64,000 nt of DNA. It comes from Utricularia gibba. Lineage: Eukaryota; Plantae; Magnoliophyta. The notes below the pieces were generated by a model that was not told the DNA's origin, ran no database searches, and saw only the letters and a program-made list of their open reading frames with translations. The stretch's first letter is position 1, and every line of letters begins with the position of its first letter. The DNA is taken from positions 248,001-312,000 of the forward strand of contig CM007989.1 in the NCBI GenBank assembly GCA_002189035.1, in the 5' to 3' direction. The position numbers were made by a program, and so were the translations under genes. Shown piece after piece: positions 1 to 12,400 of the stretch.

Positions 1-99
1 AAATTTGTGCAATTTCCATTCAGTCAACTTTGTGTTTTTTTTAGCACGGTTGAATTTTTGCATTCGGATAGTTTGATAGTACTTCTATCCTTTACGTAG

Positions 100-392
<293 letters not shown>

Positions 393-3289
393 TCTTCTGC
401 GATGGAAACTTAAACTTGGGAAGTTATCATTGTAATCTCCGTTCTTTTCTGAAAGTGTATCGCCTAATAAATAAATCTATTATCCAGCTTTATTATAATT
501 TCGAGTTTTTTTATAATTGTTTTAATTGAATTCAATATATTTTAAAAATGTTTCCAAATTTATTATTATTTTTAAAATTTTTAGAAAATTACTAAATTGA
601 ACACAAAAAAAATTATTGATTTAATTCGGATTTGCAAAACATTGTGAACTTATTTCAAGTTTTTTGTTGGAATATATATATTTATTTCTTCAAAATTGGG
701 GATCCCATCTCTCTATCGGTTATCAGCAATGGCTTGTGAGAACGCCCAAACGTTCAAATTGATCTGGACAGGCCCAAGAAAACTCAAACGCCTTGTTGCT
801 GACCTAGTTTCGAATCGCGAGTCGTTTCACATGGGGGTAAAGAACCAAGCAATGCCGGCGGCGGCCGAGGACAGATTCCGTTCAGTGTTTTGGCCGAAAG
901 AAGACAGCCGTTACGGTCACTGGTTGAATCAAGGTCAACCGCGTTCCGATGGAGCTCGTCCAGCCCGAAATAATATGTTAGAACATGTTCAATGATTTCT
1001 GGGAATTTAATTATTAAATTTATATTTTCTTTATAATTATTTTCGTAAAATAAATCATTTCCAAAAATTTGAAATGTCATTTTTTTGTGTACATTTTAAT
1101 GAATTTCTACAATGGAAATGTAAATTCCATTTTATGAAATCAGGAAACAAAACTAAATCTAAATAATGATTTTTAAAAATCTAATAAACACTTGTGTAGA
1201 AACCCTTAGTACATGTTATTACGAAGCGTTGGAATGTATAAGCGTCAAAGGCGGTGGGAGAGGATGGGAGAGAATTCGACCGTGGCGGGAGAGGTTCGGA
1301 GACCTCTCCCTATCGCCCACTGACCAATTCAATTGAAGGGGCCGGAATGCGGTAGCGTGTGTCGGAAACTCTTTAGGTAGGGACTCATTCCTCTCCCTAT
1401 GACCGCCCAATTGAAGGCTTACTGCGGGAATGCGGTAGGAAATAATGCTATCGGGTATATTGGTGCTTGACTGAAAGGGAGAGGTAGGGAATGCAAGTGG
1501 CACAAGACCTTCGATCGACAGTAGGGTGTACTCTTTACCCTTACTGAATGAATTCGAGTGAAGTGTAAAGCTCCTTCTCATGTTCGTCGACGAGTAGCTG
1601 AAGACGGAGAGTGGGAAAAATTCTCGTTCCGTATGTCAGAACTCTTGTAGTCGCCGGTGGACGCGGTGCTTGTGCGTTTCCATTTGATTTTGCATCATCG
1701 GGATCCCAGTCTTCAGTTCTATGTGATTCATTCAACCACCCTCTGTCCGCGCCTCGCTTTATATTCATCCCATCATTGCCATCCTTGTCCCTGCCCAGCC
1801 TTGATTTGAAACTGAACTCTGCAGAGAATTGCCACTTACGTGCTTTTGCTGAATTCTCCTCCACTCATCCTAGACGGTCGGAGAAGCCGAAATCAGAGTA
1901 GGCGTCATTAGCCTTTTTATATCAGGTTCAAATCGGCGAAGAAACCTGTACCAGGATTGCTGAATCCACTCTGTTTCTACCATTTAAAGACTACAGGATG
2001 TTAGGCGCCTCTGTCACCCAGTGCAGGGCACGCGTGTGGTCATGCTTCCCATCACTTGCCGCCTCTCGTTTCGTTATGTCAGTTACTTGCGTACAGTATT
2101 TTGCTTCCTTGTAGTAGTATAAGTAGGGAACCCATCGTTGTATTGGTCGAGACTTTAGATTTGGGTTTTCCTTCTCAATAAAGGAATTACTACATTCAAG
2201 CTTCGAATGTCTCGGTTCTAGACCAGATTTGTTTACCATTTTACCCACATTCATTCATCTTCTTTCAAAACACCTTTAACGCCGTCAAACATGTTGTTTT
2301 CGCTCCAGCGAGCGACACACGAGAACCCATTCTCCGTCACCCTTTGAATTTTGGAGCCTGCTATTTATGGCATTTATGTGCCTGTTGTTTTCACGCTTGG
2401 TAATCTTGTTGTTCTGGTCACACTTCACATTGGATAACCCGTCTGTCAAAACTTTCGCATCATTTTGTCCAAGTATATGAAGCGAAAAGCCTCTCGGGAC
2501 TCCATCGAAACCCTCAAAATCTGAACTCCGTGTAGTCTATGTAATGCGAGTGGTGTGCTGTGCTCACCCATTTCATCTACACTATTCTACTAATAGCAAA
2601 GATAATTTCTATTTAAAAAAAAAACAGTTTTTTCACCAAAAATATTTTAAAAAAAGGAAACTGAATGAATTTGACTTATATTTTATCAAAAATATTTTTT
2701 GAAAAAATAGATTTTCGATACACATAAACAAAGAGAACCCAATACAATGTAACAATACTCCAGTGGTCCATCCAAAGGCAACCAACTCTGAACTGAACTC
2801 AGTCGGATTGTTCGACGGTAAGAGGAGTAAATTCGTCAGCTCCCACAACAAGTTGAGACATGAAACTTATCAATTTATTTTATTTTATTTATAAGTCCTT
2901 TTGCTAGTTCTTTTTGTTTTTTTGGTTTTCTAAAATACGAGTTTGAATATAGGGAGGGGTACACTCGCAGTCGAAATTGAATGCAATAAAACCTTGTTTC
3001 CTTTGCCCGAAATAGCAATCATGGCTCCACGTTATGGACCCCCATGTGGCATCTTCTCTCCCTACTATTACTAACAAACTTTTTACTTGAAAGATTCACT
3101 ACCCAGCCTCATTTTACCAAAGGCATTGACTCTTTCACTCACGATGCATCTTAAATCAACTCATTGGTCTTTTTAATTTCGGATTCCCTGGTGATACATT
3201 TTTTTTTGTAATAAGCAAGTGTACATTTTAAATGAAAAGTGAACAGGCTAATCTGCCGTTAAAAGTACAAAGGCATTCGGACAACCCAT

Positions 3290-3316
3290 AAAAAAAAAAA
3301 AAAAAAAAAAAAAAAA
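3290..3316 (+). repeat. Poly(A) tract, 27 nt, upstream of the WSD1 TATA box
   Basis: Uninterrupted A run read directly from the sequence. Confidence 0.9.
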
Positions 3317-3383
3317 CGGAGTTGGTTTTCCACAAGCTTTATTCCATTCCAACCCAATTCCTACTCTCCACCTGCACACTTCC

Positions 3384-3390
3384 TATAAAT
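3384..3390 (+). promoter_or_regulatory. TATA box of WSD1
   Basis: cTATAAAT about 50 nt upstream of the WSD1 ATG (3438). Confidence 0.65.
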
Positions 3391-3437
3391 CAACACAGAA
3401 GAGAAGCGATTATTAGGAATTCGATCATTCCGCCAAT

Positions 3438-5494
3438 ATGGTGAAGACTGGGACTGACCCGCCGCAGCCAATGACGCCGGCCGGGCGGCTCTTCGTCCAG
3501 AACCGCATGAACCAAGTCATCAACTGTGCCATTATCGGAGAGCAACCGCCGTGTTCCATCGCCGCCATCAAAGCCGACTTTCAAAACTCCATCCTCTTCA
3601 AGCACCCAAGATTTTCCAGACTCCTCGTCCACGACTCCTCTGGCCGAGAACACTGGAAAAAAACCCACATCGACGTCGACCGCCACGTCATTCTCCTGGA
3701 CGAACCTCTCTCCGACGACCCCTTCATCTCCGATGAAGATGCCGTCAACGGATACTTAGCCGATTTGGCCTCCACGCCGCTTCCGACGGATAAGCCGCTT
3801 TGGGAGTTCCACGTCATCCAGGCGCACAATGCGGCGGTTTTCCGCGTTCACCACGCCCTCGGCGACGGTATTTCGTTGATGTCGATGTTTTTGTCTTGCT
3901 GCCGGAAAACGGAGGACCCCACCCAGGCGCCGGAGTTGCCCGGAGTGGGCGATGGCGTGTTTCGGAAGAAGTGGAGTCTGTGGGTGTTATTGTGCTTGTT
4001 TTGGTTCAGTTTGGTTTATGTTGTGGAACTGTTGATGAGGATTCTGTGGAGAAGGGATCAGGCAACAGCGTTGAGTGGCGGCGCTGGGGTGGAGGACTGG
4101 CCGCGGTTGATGGCCACCGCCAGGTTCCGACTTGATGATATGAAGACGGTCAAACGAGCGGTTCCAGGGGCGGTAACCTTCCTCGTTGATTCTCTCCCTT
4201 ATTTTTTCTCTCTCATCTTAGAACCAGTTCTTAGAAACCCGCGTGCACTTTTTTTATTGAATGTTCTGCATTCTGAAGAGCAAATCAGAATACGGTATGC
4301 ATATCATTTATGTATTTTAAACAGAAATGCTGGAACATTCAACTGACCGTTGGTTCTTAAAAAAAAATAATTAAATTCCATTTGGCGTGATGCGATCTTG
4401 AAATAAAAGTTGGTTTTGTAAGAGAAAAGTGTCAGCTTTGGAGTGGAAACTCATTTGGAGTTATTTCTGGGGGTACCATTTCTGCTTTTTGAATTTTCAG
4501 ACAATAAACGACGTTCTGTTTGGGGTGATTTCAAGAGGATTTTCGCGGTACTTGGACTCCAGATCCACCAAGGGTAACAGTGCCCACTGGGTGTTTGATG
4601 AATAAGTTAAATCAAGGGTTCTTGTTTGTATCTGAGTTGCCTTTTTTTTACCGCAGCTTTTGATGATGGGGTGCAGTTAACCGGCGTCGCCATGGTGAAC
4701 TTGAGGCGCCAACCTGAATTTCAGGTGAAAAGCGGTACCTTTTTTTTTTTCCCTATCCTTGTTCTGTTGGTGTATGAATGTACTCGTTTTCTTTGTATCT
4801 TTAGTTCATGAAATGCAGTGGTTTGTTTCAGGATCTGTGCAGGATGATAGAGAACGAAGACTTTGGACTTGAGATGGGTAACAAATTCGGGATGATTCTG
4901 CTACCGGTTTATTGTCGCAAATGCGATTTGGATCCTCTCGGCTGTGTGAAGAAAGCCAAGGAGATGATAGACAAGAAGAAGCTTTCCCTTGAGGCATTTT
5001 TCTCGTACAAGCTCCTTCACTGGATCACAGCCTTTTTTGGGGCAAAGGTTTGGCCCAGGCTATCTTTTCGGTATGCACGGAATGCTCGTTTTCACTTTGT
5101 CTTCGGTTTTCCAAATGTAGTTGGCGAGTTTTCTCAATTACCGCGTTGTTTGCAACACAACGTTCACCATTTCAAATGTTGTTGGCCCAAAAGAGAAGAT
5201 TTCTCTCAGCGGAAATCCTCTCAAGTGCATCAGAGTTACTTCAAGCAGCTTGCCTCATGTATGAACGAACCTCTCTGGTTTGCTTTTACGTTTTCTTCAT
5301 GGAATCTAATTTGGTTCTTTCTCATGATTGCGCAGGCCATCACAATGCATATGATAAGCTACGCTGGTTTTGCGGATATGCAAATTCTAGTGGCCAAGGA
5401 ACTGATCCCTGACCCGAAAGTTCTGGCTTCCTGTTTTCAGGATGCTTTGCTTGAAATGAAGGAAGCTGCTGCAGATGCTTCTACGAAAATCTGA
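3438..5494 (+). CDS. WSD1: Wax ester synthase/diacylglycerol acyltransferase (WS/DGAT, WSD1-like); exons ~3438-4172, 4501-4573, 4657-4724, 4832-5047, 5121-5258, 5336-5494
   Basis: N-terminal QPMTPAGRLF, KHPRFS, catalytic HHALGDGISLMS (HHxxxDG); C-terminal TINDVLFG, NTTFTISNVVGPKE, AITMHMISYAG, DPKVLASCFQDALLEM. All junctions GT-AG and in frame. Confidence 0.93.
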
Positions 5495-5717
5495 TGATGG
5501 TTAGTTTCTTCAATGTGGGTCATTAGAAGCTGAATTCTCTGTTTTCAACACTGATTTTAAAGCTTGGGACCTCTGTGTTCTGCATCATGTGTGCCTTGCT
5601 AGTTCGCATTGAATGGATTTCGAACAAATATATGGAATAAATAGTTCATCTCAGATGAGGCATTCTCCAGTCAGGTGGCACAGGTAAATACATACTTATT
5701 GATCGCTAGAAAACCAG

Positions 5718-7967
5718 TTACAGTCTTTTGTTGGATGCATTCCTCTTACCTTTCTTGACCGTGAGCAGCAGTTTTCTCAGAAATCCAACTTTTCCTTCTT
5801 TCTTTTCACTTCGGTAAATTACCAGAGCTCCAGCTTCAGCGTTTGTAGCACCCATCTTGGTACCGGGATGCCCGTTACGCCTTCCTTCTTTGTTGTTTGA
5901 GCTCGTAATTTCTTCTTGTGAATCTCCCGGTTCCGAGGTTTCTTCCAATGTCATCAAGTGATCACGCAAAGAAGGATGGTGTGTGAGATTGTTAAGCTTT
6001 GTTTCAGACAAAGATAGAACCTTGTCTACAATTGAAAGCTCTCTTGCTGAGCCAATAGCTTTTAGATGCTTCTCTAGCTTCAAAATGGCCTCTTCACACT
6101 CTGCTAATTTAGCTGAGGCGTTGGTGATCTCCATTCCCTGCAAATCCTATCACCTTTTAACTGGGCTGTTTCAGGAAAAAAAGAAGACGTTACTTACCGT
6201 TTTGAGCAACTCTTTTTCTCCATCTTTTCTCCCTGACCTCTGGTTCTCCTTGGTGATGCTGTTGGAGATAAGTAATTAGTCAGTCATTGATATTCTGGAG
6301 CTTGACGATGCTGCTCGTTCGTAGGGAAGAATGTACCTTTCATGCTGCAACTGAAGCTCGAAGTACGCTTGTTCGAGGCCTGCACAACGATCCTGTTTGT
6401 GCTCTAATTCGCTTTGGACTGATGATAACTTTTGGAGGACATCATCCATTCTAGCATGTGATTCTGTCAAGTGTGTCTTGAGTTCTTCGTTCAGCATCTT
6501 CAGGCTCTCAATCTGCTCATCATCTGCGCTTTTCGATTGCTTCGACATGGTCTCTTGCTCGTAGAGCGGATTGGAAAAAGTTACTGCCAAGTCTGTGCTT
6601 CTGGTCGAATCCAACTGCTCCTTCAACCTCTTGATCTCCACTCGTGAAACTGAATGTATTTTCTCCATTTCATGCATTAGCTTCTGCACAGACTCGAGTT
6701 CCATGGCTGTTCCGGGGCGGCTTCCTCCCAAGTGCCTCTCGAATTCATCTCTAACATTAGAATCCCGCTGATGTGAAGAACAGTTACTGATGATCCATTC
6801 AAAGAGAGAAGCCAAACCAGAGATGAACATCTCAGAAGTAATGGCTTCCTTCAACAGATCCTCACAGCTACTAGAGAATGCACTGAAAACCGGAGTCGAT
6901 TCCTTGGACTCCCATCCGAGAACATGGATTACAAAACCAGAAGACTCTTCATGTTCATTCCCCTCTGAATCTAATCTTCTGACAAGCTCCTTGATCTTGG
7001 TAATAGAGGAATTCAGATCGGTTTGAACTGGTCTTGTGGTTGGAGATGACACTGGTGATGTGTTGCGGCGTGAAGCCTTGCTCAAAGCTGTCCTTACGTC
7101 TCCTAGGAGTTCATCGATGCTTCGTTTAGAAACTCTTTGCTGCTCTAAGATCAACCTTCTTACAAGCTCAAGCCATTCCTGTCCAGTTCTTCCATTCGCC
7201 CCTTCTCTGTCTGAATGCATCTCTTTCCCATCACCATTAACAGCAACTAGTTCTGATGCGGATCTTGAAAGCTGATCATAACCAACTAATGCCAGTCTCT
7301 CCATCTCAACAAAGTCATCCATTAGCTTCATCTCTGAATCCCCTCGGACTCCAAGATCATGATGTGTTCTCATACCATCTGCTACTTCGTGCTTCTCTGA
7401 GAAACAGATTGATTGCTGATCATAAGGAATCATTCCCCCATCTGAGAAAGAGTCGACCTTTTTGGCCAGAAACTCCTTGAGAACCATGTTTTCGTTCTCC
7501 AACTGATGCACCACATCGACCAAGTAAGCCAGGTGAGGCTCCCTTGTGAATGATCCTACTCCTTCCGTTGCTTGTTTCTTCTCCATCCGTCTTCGTCTCT
7601 CAACTTCAATCCCGTTCTTTCGAGCCAGGACGCGTAAAATACGGCAGTCGGCTTCTAGTCTCTTCATCCTCCTCCCATTCTCAGCATCCTGGCGGTGGAA
7701 AAACTCCATCTCCTCTGTTTTCATTTGAAGTTTCTTTTCCACGCTGCAGAGTTCATAGAGCAGAAGACCATTGTCTTTCTCAGCCAGTCCCAATCTCTCC
7801 ATCAAGGCTGCACATTCAGCCTCTTTCCTTGCCTTCACATTCTCGAGATTCTCTATGAACTTTTCCTTGACAGCAAGAGCTTTGCTGAGATACTCATTCT
7901 CAGCTCTCACACTTGCAAGCTTCCTGTTAGCTTCCTGCAGCTTCTCCTCCATTTCCCTCGACTCCAT
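5718..7967 (-). CDS. Filament-like plant protein (FPP/DUF869 coiled-coil, FPP7-like); exons ~7967-6337, 6259-6199, 6137-5718
   Basis: Coiled-coil ORF with AENEYLSKALAVKEKFIE, ELCSVEKKLQMKTEEMEF, RRMKRLEADCRILRVLARK, KLMDDFVEMERLA and C-terminal EITNASAKLAECEEAILKLEKHLKA, all typical of FPP; GT-AG introns of 77 and 61 nt. Confidence 0.85.
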
Positions 7968-9072
7968 AGGCGTGGGAAGCACTCAGCTCAGCTCTGCCAC
8001 TCTTTCATCTCCCCTGCTTTCTTTTCCCAAGTTTCTTCAACCGTGGTAGCTAAGAGAAAGCAGAAAGATTACCGGCCATTGCTACATAAAAGGGAATTCT
8101 GCTATAAAAAAAGCCGAAAGAACAGCAGTGATCAACAGCAAAAGCCAACTTCCCGATAAAGATTTCCCATCTTCCACTTCTCAGTATCCAAGACAAGGAA
8201 AGACAAAGCAGACAGGAATCACACCAGAGAGCACGACACCACACTCTAAGCCAAACACTGAACCTCTACGCATTTTTATACTCCATGTATACGTACTCCA
8301 TCCATCCAACGTAGGACTATGCCTGAATACTTGTTCTTACATCATATCATTACAGGATAAACTTTTCAAAGGAATAAAAAAAGGGGTGGTGCTTGAACTC
8401 CCACCGACAGCCTTAGCATCACATAATTGTTTCCAATGGCGTGCACCCTTTTTACATATGACATATGTCGATAAATGAATACAGGAAATGCGCGGAAAGT
8501 CCACGCTGCAAAAGAAAGAGTCACGATTACCCAAGGGGTGGGCTTCTAAAGCAACATTTGTCCTAATGACATGACATCTGGGTGGGGAGCCATCTTGTGC
8601 GGATGGGTACATCCAACCTTAGCATAATCATCACTCCGTGCCCCAAAACCAAATACCCCTGCAATAGAACCAGAGTAAACAAATACATAGGATAATTACC
8701 TGCGATGGATAATACCTTGTCTGAGTGAAGGTATGCCATGCCAGCAGGGAGGGAGGGTGCTGAAAAAAGACTATGGATTTAATTCAGCTTCTAATAGTGT
8801 GCTTATTACATAAAAAGGAGAAAGCAGACACGGGTCTACTTTTGTTGTTGGGGAGTCTTATTTCTAGCCGTGGAGGTGATTCACGAAAATGACGCTGACA
8901 ACACCATTTGTTCGTTGATGATGTTTCACGTTGAACTAATCCTCCCAGAAGGCCCATTTGAAGGCCCTAACCCAATACGAAGGGGTATCTTTTGGGCTGG
9001 TCTCATGCAACAACCAACGAGTGGATGGACCATTTGGCCCAGTTCAGCTTTCCGTGTGGGCGATAGCTTTTG

Positions 9073-9283
9073 ACAATATCCATCAAAAGTGATTTTCTAG
9101 AATCATCTAATTTTATCAGAAATTTGAGAAGATAATTAAATGATTTTTGAGAATTGATTTTATAGTATCAATTTACAGTTATATATAAATTATCATCATA
9201 TTTTTTCAAATAAATTATTATCTTAATATAAATTTGTGTTCAATTGGTTTTTTCAAATGATTTCACTTCGATTTGACGATAAT
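9073..9283. mobile_element. Possible degenerate MITE-like AT-rich foldback in the FPP-SUD1 divergent intergenic region
   Basis: Left arm tatccatcaaaagtga...aaatttgagaagataattaaatgattt loosely matches the reverse complement of the right arm (tatcgtcaaatcgaagtga...aaatttatattaagataataatttattt). Aligned by eye; no clear target-site duplication. Confidence 0.25.
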
Positions 9284-9459
9284 ACCCCCAGGGGAGTTCA
9301 ACGTGTGGCTGGGCTCGGCTCCCTCGTCGCGTCGAAGTGGGGACTGTGGAGTGTGGACCCGCTACTGTCTCGTATCATCTTTGGAACTGGAAGGGACGAG
9401 ATTGAGTAGCATCGACCTACCCTGAGTCAACCACGACCTGGGGCTTGACCGCCGGGTCC

Positions 9460-12400
9460 ATGGAGATGGCACATTTGGCGTTGCCGGCCGAACATGGAAT
9501 AAAGGAATCGGGTACCTCATCGACAAGTTATTCATCAGCGGAAAACTCGATGGAGATAGGCTATTTCGCGTCTGAACCCGGCACGTCGTCGACGTTGTCG
9601 TCTTCATTGGTTGATAATGGAGGGGGAGAGGGGGTAAAAAGTGTACGAAGGTTTGATTTCTTTGATGAGGATGAGGAGGCGGATATTTGCCGGATCTGCA
9701 GAAGCACCGGTGACGCAGATAATCCGTTGCGGTATCCCTGTGCCTGCAGTGGTAGCATCAAGTTTGTTCATCAAGATTGCCTTCTTCAGTGGCTGAATCA
9801 CAGTAACACTTGGCAGTGCGAGGTTCGATGTTGCTAGGATGTTTTGAAGATTGAAATTTGATATTCGATGCTTTAGGTTTCTTGATTTCTTTTCCTTTAT
9901 GACTACAGTTTTTGGGCGGGTTTTTTGGGAGGGATGATGCTCTTATCAGCGAACATTTACACGTTTGGACAAAGTGATCGTAATTTGTTTGCATATAAGG
10001 ACTGTGCCGTTAGCAGCTGCTTGTCCTACTAGACTTACTTCGGCTTAATGTATTTTAGTTGCTGGAGGTTATGACGATTTCTGATCAATCATTATTTTTT
10101 TTTCTTACTGGAAAAAAACATCAGGTCTGTAAGCATCCGTTTTCGTTTTCTCCAGTTTATTCTGAAAATGCTCCTGCACGACTTCCTTTCCAAGAATTTA
10201 TTTTTGGGATAGCCATGAAAGCCTGGCATGCACTGCAATTTTTTCTGAGGCTGAGTTTTGTGCTATCTATTTGGCTCCTCATTATTCCATTCATCACATT
10301 TTGGATTTGGAGGCTTGCATTTGTACGAAGCTTTCTAGAGGCTCAAAGGCTGTTTTTGAGTCACTTGTCAACAGCGATTGTCCTCACAGATTGTCTGCAT
10401 GGATTTCTGCTCTCTGCTGGCATTGTTTTTATTTTCCTTGCGGGAACTTCTCTGCGAGATTACTTCCGCCACCTTTGGGAGACTGGAGGACAGGATGCTG
10501 ATAGAGAAGATGAGGGAGGTAGAAATGATGTTCAAGGTGCAAGGAGACAGGCAGCTCAAGCCGATAGGAACATAGGTGCTGATGGGAACGTTGAAGATGC
10601 CGGTGGTGTACGAGGAATCTCTGGCACGGACCAAATGATCAGAAGAAATGCAGAAAATGTTGCAGGTCGGTTGGAGATGGACGCAGCACGTCCTGAGGCG
10701 CATGCTGAGCAGATCTTTGATGGTTTTGATGACGGTGATGATGGTGCAGAGGATGTGCCGTTCGATGAATTGGTTGGCATGCAGGGACCAGTGTTTCACC
10801 TGGTTGAAAATGCGTTCACCGTGAGTATCTTAAATCCTTGCTCCATTTTCTTTCTTTTATTTTAAATTTCAATGACTGTTTTTTCATTTCCCCTTGCCAT
10901 ACAAATGAGTGGTTTCTAGCTACTAGAATTCTGAACTCGCCAATATTTTTACATTTCCCTGCATTTTGTAACAATATTGCCTTGTTATTGAATTCAGTTT
11001 CACACAAGAATGGTCGAAATGCCGTAATGCAAATTAGCCATTTTATTCCTTTTGTAGGTTCTTGCAAGCAACACTATATTCCTTGGAGCTGTGATTTTTG
11101 TGCCATTCTCTCTGGACGTGCTATTCTAGATTATTTTCCAATCCTTTTTTCCTCTTCTGGAAGCCCAGTTTTATCCACAGTAGCTCCACTTACTGGTTTA
11201 GCTGTTTCTTTGGTCAATAGTAGCATGAAGAACGCGATATCTGCTGCTGTGAATTCCGCATCTGACAGGCATGATAGCAGTTACATTGGCCAGGTTGCTG
11301 AAATATTAAAAGTAAATGCAACTGCATCAGCAGGATCGTTGGGTAAAATAAATTCAACCGTTGAAGCAGAAATCTTGAAACTTCAGACATCGGGAACATC
11401 TCATCTCTCTGATGTGACTACTCTTGCTGTTGGATACTTTTTCATTTTCTCCCTGGTAATCATATACCTTGGTATTTTTACCTTGATTCAGTATTCAAGA
11501 AGCAAGCCTTTGATCATTGGAAGGTTTTATGGCATTGCTTCCATTCTAGAAACTTTACCATCACTCTTCCGACAGTCTGTGGCAGCAATGAGGCATTTGA
11601 TGACTATGATCAAAGTTTCTTTTCTTCTAGTCATTGAACTTGGGGTTTTTCCTCTGATGTGTGGTTGGTGCCTTGATGTTTGTACAATGAAGATGTTCGG
11701 AAGAACCCTCTCTCATAGAGTTGAGTTCTTTTCAGTTTCGCCACTGACGAGCTCCTTGGTTCACTGGGTTGTAGGAATCTTTTACATGTTACAAATAAGC
11801 ATCTTTGTCAGCCTTATTCGAGGGGTATTAATCACTTCAACTAGTTGCTGCTAGAGGATTCTCGATTACTGGTAACTTGCTAAATTCTTGTGAATTTGTA
11901 GGTTTTACGCGAGGGCGTTCTGTACTTCCTTAGGGATCCTGCAGATCCTAACTACAACCCATTTCGCGATCTTATTAATGACCCTGTGCACAAACATGCA
12001 CGCAGGGTACTGTTGTCAGTTGCTGTGTCTGGGAGTCTGATTGTGATGCTGGTATTTTTGCCCGTAAAACTTGCAATGCAGATGGCTCCTACTATTTTCC
12101 CTCTTGACATCTTGTATGGCTCTAACTTATTTTAAATCTTCTAAGCACGATAAGTTTACTTCGCCAAATTCATGCTTGTGACATATCTGAACTTTCATTT
12201 TTTGCAGCGTGTCTGACCCATTTACTGAAATTTCCGTTGACCTGCTTCTCTTTCAAATATGCATACCCTTTGCTATTCAACATTTCAACTTGCGCCGTAC
12301 TCTAAAATCAATTCTTGGGTACTGGTTCTCTGCTGTTGGTTGGATGCTTGGGTTGACTGATTTCCTTCTCCAAGAGCCAGATAATAACGGAACAAATGGC

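Noticed and set aside
3290-3316. A27 tract as a possible SINE/LINE poly(A) tail
   Set aside because: No target-site duplication, Pol III A/B boxes or RT remnant seen; treated as a simple promoter poly(dA:dT) tract.
6297-6317. Partial resemblance to miR172 (ggagcttgacgatgctgctc)
   Set aside because: Several mismatches and a gap, no star arm or hairpin visible, and it lies in an FPP intron on the antisense strand; chance.
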